Of a DNA stretch of 64,000 nt, positions 25,865-38,629 are shown one piece after another. The stretch is from Eledone cirrhosa (taxonomy: Eukaryota). The notes under the pieces are model-generated. The model saw only the letters and a program-made list of their open reading frames with translations. It was not told the DNA's origin and ran no database searches. The position numbers and the translations under genes are program-made. Every line of letters begins with the position of its first letter. Within the stretch, counting starts at the first letter, position 1. The stretch lies in the NCBI GenBank assembly GCA_964016885.1, contig OZ024743.1, positions 372,992,001 through 373,056,000 of the forward strand, read 5' to 3'.

Positions 25865-26130
25865 ATTTCTTCCTTCCTCTTTTTGCTCTTGCTCAATAAG
25901 GCCAAAGTCATCGTAAGCCAGCGATCCCTAAGCTCGTTGTGCATAGAGTTAACCAGGTCCACCAGTGCCCTCCATCGCTGGTGATTCCATGCAAGCTCCT
26001 CTGCATCCTCCAAGGTTATGCCGAGCCTCTGGAGATCTACCCTGATGATATCCAGCCATCTGGTGTGGGGCCTGCCATGAGGATTCTTCCAGCCTGCAGC
26101 CACTGCATCGAATGAGAGTAAGGCCATGGT
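25865..26130 (-). mobile_element. RTE LINE 3' remnant
   Basis: GWKNPHGRPHTRWLDIIRVDLQRLGI...RWRALV. Confidence 0.7.
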
Positions 26131-26294
26131 AGGATGATCTGGTGGAAAATGAAGGACATGTCTGTACCAGTGTATGTGCGGATAGCTATGAAGTTATTGT
26201 TCCTTCCACTCCTCGGTATTGCAGGTGATAACATTGGTACCAGAGAAATTATCACAATATGTGGCATCCAAGATGAATGGCCTACCCCTCAGAG

Positions 26295-26591
26295 CTGGGG
26301 CCGGATTTAATGGGGAACAAAGGGGGCAATTGTCCCGTGCCTTTTGCTTTGGGGAGCTCCACCAACAACAGCTATTGTAATTTATTTGTGCCCTTAGCTG
26401 GGCTTTTTAGTTTTAGGATGATTAGAATTTTTGAATTTAATATGTATAACTTTTCAATTTCAATTACTTGCAACAAACTAACTTTGATATGTAAAATTGA
26501 AGGGTTTGCTGTGTATTCTAATTTTTTGTGTATGAGAGTCCTCCCCAAACCTAAACTGCCCTGGGACCTCCAAGGTCTAAATCCAACCCTG
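26295..26591. mobile_element. MITE with C(A/T)GGG..GGATTTA termini
   Basis: ctggggccggattta ... taaatccaaccctg. An inverted partial copy lies at 22682-22870. Confidence 0.65.
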
Positions 26592-26807
26592 TTCAGGGTC
26601 AATGGGGGGTGGTCATCTAATTAAAATCCACTATCATCATCATCATTATTATTTAAGGTCTGTTTCCCTTGCAGGCTAGGGTTTCTATAGTCCGTCCATC
26701 ACTGACTTACCTCTTAGTTGTGCCTGCAACTGAATTGGGAGTAAGAGTTGTGGTGGGATGTACTTCTGCTGGGATGGTGGCAAAATATCTTCCACTATAT
26801 TTGCTGA

Positions 26808-26990
26808 ATTGGCAATACTGGCAGAGGGTCGGATGTCATGCTTTCCAGCATAGTTACGTCCCATTACGGTCTGAGTTCAAATCCCATCGAGGTTAACTTT
26901 TCCTTTCATCCATACGGGGGTCGATAAAATAAAGTACCAGTAATGTACTGGGTAATTGCTGGCCTTGTGCCAAAAGTAGAAACAACTATA
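26808..26990 (+). mobile_element. Family A SINE
   Basis: Matches 751-950. Confidence 0.85.
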
Positions 26991-27319
26991 TTTGCTTTCT
27001 TTCTCTTCCCCCTCCCTCATCCTTGTTTAAGACCCCCAACCCTCCTCACCAGCCAAGAATACTTCAGTTTTGAATAGCTTATTGACCAGCTATAAGGACA
27101 TGTGTACTGTATATTATAGTAAAACTAACATATGTTTGTGAGCTACTGCTGCAGCTGATGATGATACAACCACGTTGCACATACACATACACACAAATAT
27201 GCACACACACACACATATACACACACATGCACGCACATACATGCACACACACACACATACACTTCAGGTTACATGCCCCCCACCCATCTCTTTAGCCATC
27301 CAGCTGATAAGTAAATGTT

Positions 27320-27610
27320 AACACATCACCAGCACACCACCATTTAGTTACTATATCCTCACCAATGCACCACCACCACTATCATTGATGTACTATATTC
27401 TCACCAACACACCACCACTTAGTTAATACATCCTCACCAACACACCACCATTTAGTTACTACATCTTCACCAACACACCACCACTTAGTTAACATATCCT
27501 CACAAACACACCACTACTACCATTGCTGTACTATATCCTCACCAACACACCACCACTATCATTGATGTACTATATCCTCACCAACACACCACCACTACAA
27601 CCACCACCAA
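27320..27610. repeat. Degenerate 33-42 bp tandem repeat
   Basis: About 7 units sharing tactatatcctcaccaacacaccaccact. Confidence 0.8.
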
Positions 27611-28224
27611 GAATTTCAAACTCCTTGTTAACACATTTGATAGCAAACCTCCTGAAACCACACCTGGTTCTATGATACTCTTTATTTCAAAGTGTTTATA
27701 TTTATCTCAAAAGCTTCCATCATAATTTTATATAAGAACCTTTGTTTGGTTGTTTCAAACTTGAGCTTATTAATGAGAAAGTTATTTTACTAAATTTTCT
27801 AAATTGCTTTCAAAATTTTTTGAAAATCACAGGCATCTCATTAAGGGGTCAATAAAATAAAGTAGCAGTAATGCACTGGGGTGATTTAATTGACTTCCCC
27901 CTCACTCAAAATTGCAGGCTTTGTGCCTACAGTAGAAATCATTATGCTTATAGTAACAAAAAAGTTAAATTGTTTATATTTATCTAAAAACCTTCCATCT
28001 TTATTGTATGTAAGAACCTATGTTAAGCTATGCTCCAAATACCAGCTTAATAACAAGAAAGTTTTGCATTGGCAGTCATTGAACAAATGCTTTGATGTAC
28101 TTAGTTACAACTTTCTATATTCTAAGTTCAAATCCTGCCAAGGTCAACTTTGCCTATCATTCTTCAGAGGGCGATAAAATAAAGTACTAGCTAAATACTG
28201 GCGTTGGCATGGGCAGCAACTACA

Positions 28225-28625
28225 GAGGATATGCGAAGGCTGGAGAGAAATGAAGCAGGCTTGCGCTGATGGATGTGCAATGTCAATGTGCGTGAGTGGC
28301 CATGCATGGACAAGTTGAGATTGAAACTGTGTATAAGAGGGATAAACTGTAGTGTGCAGGAGAGAAGACTGTGTTGGTATGGCTATGTGATGCACATGGA
28401 AGGTGACCACTGGGTGAAGAAGTGCCTAAGAAATCCCAGTAGAAGGAAGACGCAGTAGAGGAAGACCACGAAAATCATGAGCGGCGGTAGTGAGAGCTGA
28501 CCTCAGATTGCTGAAGCTCACAGAGGAGATGAGGGACCGTGATGAATGGAGAGATGCTGTGCTGAAGAGGACTCATCCTACCCTTACAAGCAGGGAAAAG
28601 CGAACGTAAAATGATGATGATGATT
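28225..28625 (+). mobile_element. RTE LINE 3' remnant (same family as 46705-48712)
   Basis: RWMCNVNVRE...QERRLCWYGYVMHM and a (TGA)n tail. Confidence 0.8.
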
Positions 28626-28696
28626 TCATCATCTTTCCCATCTCTTCAGAATTGCTGGCCTTGTGTCAAAATTAGAAATCATTATATTATTGACTG

Positions 28697-28871
28697 TATT
28701 GGTAGTGCGTCAGACACCATGTTTTGCGGCATAGTTATGGCCCTTTACGTTCTGAGTTCAAATCCTGCCAAGATTAACTTTGCCTTTCATCCTTATGGGG
28801 TCAATAAAATAAAGCACCTGTAATACACTGGGATAATTGCTGGCCTTGTGCCAAAAGTAGAAGCAATTATA
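28697..28871 (+). mobile_element. Family A SINE
   Basis: Matches 751-950. Confidence 0.8.
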
Positions 28872-29279
28872 TTACTAAATCACTCTAAAGATTATTTGAA
28901 AATCACTGACAGTGTCTTTCATTGGAAATGTGGTAACAAAACTCTATCTCTCGCCACACTCACGCACACACACATGGGCGTGACTTTAATGACTTATTAG
29001 CTGCTCTTGTCCTAATACACAGGCATTTTATTGTACATGAACTTTCTGAAATAATTGTTAAAGGTTAATTAAAACAAATGACATTGGAAAAGATTGATAC
29101 CTAGCACAAAGACAAACAATGGTTTAATTATTTTCAGTTTAACAAAGGTTTAGATATGGCCGTGTGGTTAAGACATTATGTAGTTTCTGGTTCAGTCCCA
29201 CTATGTGGCACCATGGACAAGTGTCTTCTACTATAGCTCCAGACTGACCATTGTCTTGTGAGTGGATTTTAGATGGAAA

Positions 29280-30210
29280 CTGTCAATAAATGCGAAGTAT
29301 AAGAGTTTATTCGTAGCTAAGTACTTCTCTTGCTGTTGTCTCGCCAGGAATATAGTATCAGTAGTACTGCTCCCTGGCATAATGCCCAAATGCATCTCAT
29401 CATTAATTTTGTCCCTAATCAATTTTGCTATCAATCTTTCTGTGACTTTCATAACCTGATCCAACAATTTGATGCCTCTGTCTAGTGTATCTCCTTTACC
29501 CTTGCAGCAGTCATTGGGTATGACACCTTCCCGCACTACCTGATTTACTATACAAGTGACTAACCTACTCAGTGACAATCCCTAAAGGGCCAGCTACCTT
29601 CCCTACCTTCATTTTCTGAATCGCCTTATCTACCATACTGTTGTCAACTTTGGTGACCTGTCTCTCAGTTGGGTCTACATGGGGTAGATCCTCATTCTCC
29701 CATACATTTTCCTCTTTCAGCAACCTCTTGTAATAACACTTCCCTGAATTTTCCCTTTTCAGTAACAATAAGGATAAGTGAACCACTGTCATTCTGTATA
29801 CACTTCTCTCCCACAATATTTTGGTATTTTCTTTCACAACCATGTAATCTGGAACACTTCATACTCCAGAACATTTGCAAACCTTGTACTTACTGCCCCA
29901 CTTCTTGCTAAATAAACTTGATGTCTACCCTTTCTTCTAGCTACTTAGTATTATTGTTCTCTGTTACCCCTAGCCTTCCAGACTCCCCAAGCCTTTCCCT
30001 TAGCCTTTATAGCTCTATCTACAGTACAGTTCCACCACCACATCACCCTCTAGCTGGAACCTTGCTTCCCCCAATCCAGAACACTTGTCTGTGACCTTCA
30101 GTAGGTTGTCTTGTAGGAGTTTCCAGTTGTTCTCTTATATACCTTTAATTCCTTAACCCCCTTGTCAAGTCCTTTGTCTAGTATGTCTCTAAACCTCTTA
30201 CTATTTGATG
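29280..30210 (-). mobile_element. Degenerate RTE LINE RT N-terminal fragment
   Basis: [65 protein letters not shown]; homologous to the ORF at 46705. Confidence 0.85.
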
Positions 30211-30845
30211 GTGCCTTAATGTTTCCTTAATGGTTCCACCAAGCCACCACCACATATTAATAAGGCGAAAGATTTATCTGCTTTGGGTGAGGAGAACTTT
30301 ATGTTCTGAGTTCAAATTCTGCTAAGGTTAGCTTTGCCTTTCATCTTTACGGGGTGGATAAATAAAGTACCAGGGTTGATTTAATCGACTTCCCCTCTCC
30401 CCTTTCAAATTGCTGGCCTTGTCTCTAAAATAGAAACAATTATTTGGTATCAATATCAAATGCTAATGGTAATAAAAGTTAGTTAACACAACAACAAATC
30501 AATAAAAGACCAAACCAGTTGTGATTATTGATTATTAAAAGATTATTTGTTCTTGAGCTTGTTTCATATTCAGTCTTTAATTTGACTATCCAAATGGATA
30601 AACCATTTTTAACGCTTTTGTAACTGTGTCTCTAATGAAAGATATTACATATGTTTTTTTAAGATTTTGAAAATAAAGAAGAATTTGAGGGATTTAGTAA
30701 TATAATTAACTTGCTCGTTATTAAGCAGGTGTTTGGAATGTAACTTAACAAAGGTTCCTACATAATATTATGATGGAAGGTTAAACACTTTAACCGTTTT
30801 GCTACCATATTTTTAATGAAAGACATTGTCTATGTTTTTGTAATA

Positions 30846-31059
30846 TTGGTTTCTGATTTAGGCACAAGGCCAACAATTTTCAGGGGAGGGAAACTCGACT
30901 AAATCAACCCTAGTGCATTACTGGTACTTTATTTTATTGACCCCTTAAGGATGAAAGGCAGAGATTACCTCGGCAGGATTTGAACTCAGGTCGTAAAGGG
31001 CCGTAACTCTATGCCATAAAGCATGTTGTCTGATGCACAACCGATACTGCCAATCCACC
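30846..31059 (-). mobile_element. Family A SINE
   Basis: Reverse complement of the family A consensus. Confidence 0.85.
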
Positions 31060-31732
31060 TGTTTTTGTAATATTGAATGAATTTAGTGATATAATTAACT
31101 TTCTCATTATTAAGCTGGTGTTTGGAATACAACTTCAAGGTTCTTAACTAATATTAGGTTTTTAGATAAATGTAACCACTTAGGAAAAAACAGTTTTATA
31201 TCAGAGAACTAAGGACAGTCCTGTGGGTTTGGTATCAAAAATGCTAACAGAACCAAAACAGTTCCAGTATGCACCCTCTAAAACCAACTAGATCCCTCTT
31301 TTTAGAATTTCAGCCCCTTTCTTTTCTTTTGCTTCTCTTACATTCTACAAGTACCCAGTCCTGAGATCTACCTTTTCAGCCTTACCCTTTAATTTGGTGG
31401 CTCCTATTTATCTACAAGTTCATTTCCTGTGACCTTTTGAACTTTTCACTTGTCAGCAAGTTGAAATCTGTAGACATAACAAAATTCCCCTAATATATTT
31501 AAAAAGTAGTTGAGGTAGATTGTCAGTTAAAACAGTGGAACAACCATAGTTTGTAACTAACCTACTGCAACAATCATCGTCATCATCATCACTGTTTAAC
31601 GTCCATTTTCCACGCTAGCATGGGTTAGATGAGCTGTCTCATTGTGAAACAAACTAGGTCAGTGATTGTGTTTTGCTCATACAGAACTGATTTTGGCGTG
31701 GTTTCTACAGCTGGATGCCCTTCCTAACACCA

Positions 31733-33146
31733 ACCACATTTACAGTGTGTACTGAGTGCTTTTTGTTGTGACACCTACACAACCACTTTACAGTGTGGAC
31801 TGGGTGCTTTTTGTTGTGACACCTACACAAACACTTTACAGTGTGGGCTGGGTGCTTTTTGTTGTGACACCTGCACAACCACTTTACAGTGTGGGCTGGG
31901 TGCTTTTTGTTGTGACACCCACACTGCCACTTTACAGTGTGAACTGGGTGCTTTTTGTTGTGAGACCTGCACAACCACTTTACAGTTTGGGCTGGGTGCT
32001 TTTTGTTGTGAACCTACACGACCACTTTACAGTGTGGGCTGGGTGTTTTTTGTTGTGACACCTACACTGCCACTTTACAGTGTGAACTGGGTGCTTTTTG
32101 TTGTGACACCTGCACAACCACTTTACAGTGTGGGCTGGGTGCTTTTTGTTGTGAACCTACACGACCACTTTACAGTGTGGGCTGGGTGCTTTTTGTTGTG
32201 ACACCTGCACAACCACTTTACAGTGTGGGCTGGGTGCTTTTTGTTGTGAACCTACACGACCACTTTACAGTGTGGGCTGGGTGCTTTTTGTTGTGACACC
32301 TGCACAACCACTTTACAGTGTGGGCTGGGTGCGTTTTGTTGTGAACTTACATGACCACTTTACAGTGTGGGCTGGGTGCTTTTTGTTGTGACACCTACAC
32401 AACCACTTTACAGTGTGGGCTGGGTGCTTTTTGTTGCGACACCTGCACGATCACTTTACAGCGTGGGCTGGGTGTTTTTTGTTGTGACACCTACACAGCC
32501 ACTTTACAGTGTGAACTGGGTGCTTTTTGTTGTGACACCTGCACAACCACTTTACAGTGTGGGCTGGGTGCTTTTTGTTGTGAACTTACACGACCACTTT
32601 ACAGTGTGAGCTGGGTGCTTTTTGTTGTGACACCTTAACAACCACTTTACAGTGTGGGCTGGGTGCTTTTTGTTGTGACACCTACACAACCACTTTACAG
32701 TGTGGGCTGGGTGCTTTTTGTTGTGAACTTACACGACCACTTAACAGTGTGAACTGGGTGCTTTTTGTTGTGACACCTTAACGACCACTTTACTGTGTGG
32801 GCTGGGTGCTTTTTGTTGTGACACCTACACAACCACTTTACAGTGTGGGCTGGGTGCTTTTTGTTGTGACACCTGCACAACCACTTTACAGTGTGGGCTG
32901 GGTGCGTTTTGTTGTGAACTTACACGACCACTTTACAGTGTGAACTGGGTGCTTTTTGTTGTGACACCTTAACGACCACTTTACAGTGTGGGCTGGGTGC
33001 TTTTTGTTGTGAACTTACACGACCACTTTACAGTGTGGGCTGGGTGCTTTTTGTTATGATGCCATCACGACCACTTTACAGTGTGGGCTGGGTGCTTTTT
33101 GTTATGATGCCATCACGACCACTTTACAGTGTGGGCTGGGTGCTTC
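31733..33146. repeat. 44-45 bp minisatellite, about 31 copies, inside an RTE 3'-UTR-derived element
   Basis: Unit ccactttacagtgtgggctgggtgctttttgttgtgacacctacacaa, with no unique spacers. The element's (CAT)n tail is at 31574-31590. Confidence 0.95.
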
Positions 33147-36100
33147 ACATTGTAAAATTCATCATGTTTTTTGCAATATATTTTAGTGTCTCTTGAATCA
33201 TACTCTTATTTCCTTTCCTTATTACTCTCTCTCTTCTAGTATTCAATATTCTCTCTCTCCACCCTCACACCAATTCACTTTGTAATGATTTAACAGAAAA
33301 TGTCTAAAAACTTGTCTGTTAATTTAAATATTTATAGTGTTTTTACTAGTTGACAAATTGTTGTGAAAATTTACAGTATTAGAATAAAGACTTTAATTTT
33401 TAAAGTGATGCAATGATATTCCATTAACTGTTCCATTCGAGAGGCTGAGGCCATGCTGGAGCACCGCTACCAATCATAGTTTTTTTTATTTTTATCAAGA
33501 ATGTCTCTTTAATATGATTCCATGTGGTACAGGATGTTAAGAGTTCAATTATATATAAACTTTACTGATTTGTTTATGCCCCCCTCCCCCTCTCTCCCAT
33601 CTGCTATTTTTGCTATAATGTGTCATTGACATTTATGGTATGTTAGCAATGAGGATTGTTATACAAGATCAGCTTTATTGTAATCTCTCCTCTTTTCCTT
33701 CATAATGGGGGTTGTTATCATAATCAGTAATTATCCTTCTTTACATTTTTCCTATGTTGACATATCAGGAACTCTTGTCATTGGCTTATCTATTCTGATG
33801 TTAAAACAACACAAATACTACTGCAGCTATTTTTGTTTTTGTTGCACAGTAATGTCCTCTCATTTTAAGGCAAGAGTTATCCTTGCCTGCTTTTGTGTGT
33901 GTGTGGGGGGGGGGGGGGGGCAGCTTTATATTCATCATAGGCACCTTTTATGGTAATGTTTTACTGCTGGCTACTATGCTCCTCCTGGCAGAGATGGATT
34001 TAGACCGCCTCATACACAATAATTTAGTGTGAATTTTATATGTTAAGCTTTTCTTGCTGGATGCCCTTCCTATCACCAACCACTTTACAGCATGGACAGG
34101 CTGCATTCTTTATGCCACCACCGCTAGAGAGGTTGTGTGACTAGACTCAAGAGTCTTCTCCACTCTGTACCAGTTTTTATTCAGAGTGATTGCTATTCTA
34201 GACAGGCTACCCTTACTGGCTTATGGGGCCCTTGTCAACGATTTCTAGGGAGTCATCAAAGCATTTGAAAGAGTTGGTTTCATATGATCTCTTCCTGCTT
34301 ACTGTTTCTGTGTATAAAAGAGTTATTTTATCATTTCCGCTCTTCATATTTCATCCCCCTCAATTAACTTGACCTTATGTCATCTCAGTTGACCTCTCAC
34401 CACAACTTTTTGACCTCATATCAAAGTGTTTTTGCTGTCATCTACTGTTATCATGTAACAACTTTTTGCACCTAATTCACCCAACTTCACCTGTTCAGCT
34501 TAACATTTCAAAAACTAATAAACTCATACTTCTCTCCTCATCATTTAGTCTTTTCTTCCTCCTCTCTGTATAAATTAAGCCTTTTCCTCCTCCTCTCTCT
34601 ACACATTAAGCCTTTTCCACCTCCTCTCTCTATAAGAACCTTATTGTAAGTTACTGTTTTACCAAACCTGTCAAAACCAGCTCTATGAAATAAAACCACC
34701 CATTTTAAAGGTTTCTAATTTAAATTAAAATCTTCCAACATAATTTTATATAAGAACCTTATATTAAGTTACTATCTTAGTAATGGAATAATTAATAATG
34801 TTGGTAAAATCCTTCAAAATTCTTCATTAATTAATTAAAATAGTGTATTTCATTAGAGATGTGGTCATGAAAGGGTTAAGCCTTTTGTTACTATATTTCT
34901 AATGAAACACATTGTCAATATGTTTCAATTTATTTTGAAAATAATCGAAGAATTTGGTGGAATTTAGAAATATAGCTTAACTATTTCAATATTAAACTGG
35001 TGGGCCAGTTGTTCTTTAGTGTAGTGGTTAATGCAACCGAAAGATGTGGGGTTTGATTCCTTACAGATTCCTCTGTCCAGGTTTTTCCATCTCCAGAGAA
35101 ACTACCAGATTTTCACAACTATTAAGTGGTTGATTGGCAGTATCAGAGTATTGGACAAAATGCTTTGTGACATTTATTCAAATCCTTTTGAGGTCCAGCT
35201 TTGCTTTTCATCTTTCTGGATCAATAAAATAAAGTACCAGCTAAGTACTGAGGTCGACATAATTGACTTTCCCTTCCCCTCCAAATTGCTGACTTTGTGC
35301 TGGTGTCAAAGAGAATTGTTAAGCTGATGTTTGGAACATAACAATACAAAAGATTCTTACATAAAATTCCGGAAAGAGGTTTTAATGACTAGTTTAAAAC
35401 AAACAGTTTTGTATTATAATTATAAAAGAGCAGTTGTGGGTGGTTTAGTGCAGGGGTTCTCAACCTTTTTTTCGCCGTGGACCACCAAAATAAGTAATTT
35501 TTTCCTGTGGACCACCTAAACTTTAAAATCTTTTGTAATAGAACTGCTACTTATAAGCATCAGTAGATGTTTTTTTTCAATGAATTAGAAAATGCTATTA
35601 TCATGTTGCAGTGTCTAAAAATCTACGCAAACAAACAGCTGAAGTCGTACTCATGCGAAGAATAAAAACAGCGCTTTAAGTCAAATGCATGGATCAAAAA
35701 ATAATTTGCTATTGAAAATTTCCTGTGGACCACCTGAATTTTTAGTGGTCCACATGGACCAGGTTGGGCGATATCCAATTTTAGCTGCCTAAATGCCGCT
35801 TACTTGCTGCAGTTGCTGCTTACTTCAATGTATGAGGCTATTCCAACAAATTTACATTCCCCCTTTTTTTAGCCGTTAAAAGAAATATAGATTTATTTAT
35901 TTTTTTTTTTTGCGATTTATTTGCCACTGGGGCATAGATTTCTTTATTTGCCCCTTTTTTGTTTGTTTGTTTTTTTGCGATTTATTAGCCTTTTGGGGTC
36001 ACACACACCCCCGTAGAAAATGTGCTACCTTTCTGCCAGGGAGCACAGAGAGAGGGGGGTGCTCCCTTCTTCTCTTACCTGTACAAGCCGATATAGAGAG

Positions 36101-36408
36101 ATGGCCCACTTACACGGGCCATTATTGCTACTTTCACCCATCTTTCATGGAATTGGCTGGGACTGAGTGCCTTTTTCTCCACCTTGATCCTTCTTTCGAA
36201 GTGGTATCGGAAGAAGAGGACCATTTGTTGGCCGGCGACATATCCCCACAGTTTCCTCGTTGCAAACGCATCTGGGACATTTCTTTTCCAAGGGGTTTCC
36301 GTCCCGGAATCCGTGTCTGTAGAGCCTTTCCCGAACGGGCAGGGCCCCTCGGTATAATAGTAAGTATTAGTGGTTGTAATAAAAATGCAATCAAAATGTA
36401 ATAAATAC

Positions 36409-36544
36409 CTTCACTGATTTCTTTCCTTATATTATCAACAGAAGTTGGCATGTCACCCAAAGTTCGCTTTGTATGTTCCCGAATAGCAGTGAATTTTGAT
36501 AAAACTGTTTCTAATTCCTTCTCCACAGTAAGACAAATATCCAT
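36409..36544 (-). pseudogene. RMND5: Captured RMND5/GID2-like first coding exon (left arm)
   Basis: MDICLTVEKELETVLSKFTAIREHTKRTL resembles the RMND5 N-terminus (MDQCVTVERELEKVLHKF, recalled from memory). It is followed by a GAAG|GTATTT donor. Confidence 0.75.
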
Positions 36545-36717
36545 GTGTAGTCCAAAAAGATATAAATCTTTAAAAAAATTATAATAATTCTTTATTATTA
36601 TTTTCTTTTTCTGTAAATAATTATTTTTCTATATATCTCAAACCCTGCCAAACACCACATCTGTCCATCTGTAAATTTAAATGACTGTTCTTTCATACTT
36701 ATCCCCTTCAACTACAC

Positions 36718-36850
36718 ATGGATTGTCTTACTGTGGAGAAGGAATTAGAAACAGTTTTATCAAAATTCACTGCTATTCGGGAACATACAAAGCGAACTTT
36801 GGGTGACACACCAACTTCTGTTGATAATATAAGGAAAGAAATCAGTGAAG
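36718..36850 (+). pseudogene. RMND5: Captured RMND5/GID2-like first coding exon (right arm)
   Basis: MDCLTVEKELETVLSKF...KEISE, with a 3-bp deletion relative to the left copy and a donor GT at 36851. Confidence 0.75.
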
Positions 36851-36910
36851 GTATTTATTACATTTTGATTGCATTTTTATTACAACCACTAATACTTACT
36901 ATTATACCGA

Positions 36911-37362
36911 GGGGCCCTGCCCGTTCGGGAAAGGCTCTACAGACACGGATTCCGGGACGGAAACCCCTTGGAAAAGAAATGTCCCAGATGCGTTTGCAAC
37001 GAGGAAACTGTGGGGATATGTCGCCGGCCAACAAATGGTCCTCTTCTTCCGATACCACTTCGAAAGAAGGATCAAGGTGGAGAAAAAGGCACTCAGTCCC
37101 AGCCAATTCCATGAAAGATGGGTGAAAGTAGCAATAATGGCCCGTGTAAGTGGGCCATCTCTCTATATCGGCTTGTACAGGTAAGAGAAGAAGGGAGCAC
37201 CCCCCTCTCTCTGTGCTCCCTGGCAGAAAGGTAGCACATTTTCTACGGGGGTGTGTGTGACCCCAAAAGGCTAATAAATCGCAAAAAAACAAACAAACAA
37301 AAAAGGGGCAAATAAAGAAATCTATGCCCCAGTGGCAAATAAATCGCAAAAAAAAAAAATAA
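36911..37362 (+). mobile_element. Tx1/L1-clade LINE 3' fragment within the foldback arm (mirrored at ~35897-36348)
   Basis: ALPVRERLYRHGFRDGNPLEKKCPRCVCNEETV (zf-RVT-like), then FFRYHFERRIKVEKKALSPSQFHERWVKVA, aataaa and an A-rich tail. Confidence 0.7.
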
Positions 37363-38629
37363 ATAAATCTATATTTCTTTTAACGGCTAAAAAAAGGGGG
37401 AATGTAAATTTGTTGGAATAGCCTCATACATTGAAGTAAGCAGCAACTGCAGCAAGTAAGCGGCATTTAGGCAGCTAAAATTGGATATCGCCCCAGGTTC
37501 AGAACCCCCGGTTTAGTGTGAAAGGGGTTAATAACTGGGTTAACCGAGCAATTCACACAATATCAGTACTGTTTACATCTCAGAAGGATATTGTTTTGAT
37601 GGCTAATAAATAATATTGCATCATCTTCTATTTCACTTTCCTGCTGTGTTTATACACACATACACACATATGTGTGTGTATGTGTATGTGTATGTGTGTA
37701 TACATATGTATGTGTGTGTATATACATGTGTGTGTATGTATATATATACACAAACACAATGTCTCAGCTCCTCATTATGTTGTTACATTTTGACCTTTAT
37801 ATCTTTCAAAACAATTATATCAACCCTGAGTTAGTTGTATGTATTTTACAATACTAACAATGGACCTCCTATGATATAATTGTATGTACTTTAGACACAA
37901 GGCCAGCAATCTAGAATAATCTAACATTTATCACATCATTCTTTCAATATTCATCACAGCAGTTCTCCATCCTGTTTGGTTCTTATTTTATTTTGATGAT
38001 TTAGCATATATGAAATATACTAGTTTGACTTTTTTTCTTGTTAGTGTGTGTAAGTGTTGTGTGTGTAGACGTTATGTGTGTACGACATGTGTGTAATTGT
38101 TGTGTGTAAGTGTATGGGTTGTGTATGTACGACGTGTGTGTAAGTGTTGTGTGTGTACGACGTGTGCATGTAAGTGTATGTGTGGGTATGTACGACGTGT
38201 AAGTGTATGTATATGTGTGTGTATGTGTACGATATGTGTGTGTGTACGACGTTTGTGTGTGTTGTTTATTTTATATATTTGTATATGTTGGTATCACTAT
38301 ATCAGTTTACAGAGTTCACATGTATTCTACTGACTGACATTTAAACAAAGATACACAACAACAATAACGAACATAAAAACAATAAAAGTATTTCAAACCC
38401 AGTATATTTCCCAACTTTTGTTTTCTCTTTAGAATATATATTTTGTTTTATAAACACATAATAAATACAATTAATTATTGCTAGAGACCTTATAAATATA
38501 ATACACAAAAATAAATGACCAAAGCAAGAGAAAAAACAAGCAAAAACAAAAATAAAACATCAATACAACACTAAGTATGTCAATCAGTCACACATCACAA
38601 GGGTCAATGGAAATTTTTGAGGCAAGCCA

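Larger units (their letters stand above)
35767..37492. mobile_element. Non-autonomous foldback DNA transposon with ~785 bp inverted arms (Merlin-like ends)
   Basis: Arms 35767-36551 and 36711-37492 are almost identical, with a 159-bp spacer. Termini are GGCGATATCC and the TSD is ccaggttg / ccaggttc. Confidence 0.85.
35451..37510. mobile_element. hAT (Charlie-like) MITE interrupted by a foldback element
   Basis: TIRs caggggttctcaacct / aggttcagaacccccg and a perfect 8-bp TSD gtttagtg (35443-35450, 37511-37518). Confidence 0.9.

Noticed and set aside
31733-33146. CRISPR-like array or Cys/His repeat protein
   Set aside because: Units are head-to-tail with no unique spacers, there are no cas genes, the context is eukaryotic, and the unit derives from an RTE 3' UTR.
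35910-36401. 163-aa ORF duplicated on both strands
   Set aside because: TTG start, antisense to the Tx1 fragment, no recognisable motif; the duplication only reflects the inverted arms.
36718-37125. Functional 135-aa RMND5 gene
   Set aside because: Only the first 44 codons are RMND5-like. The rest reads through intron and out-of-frame LINE sequence, and I found no further RMND5 exons.
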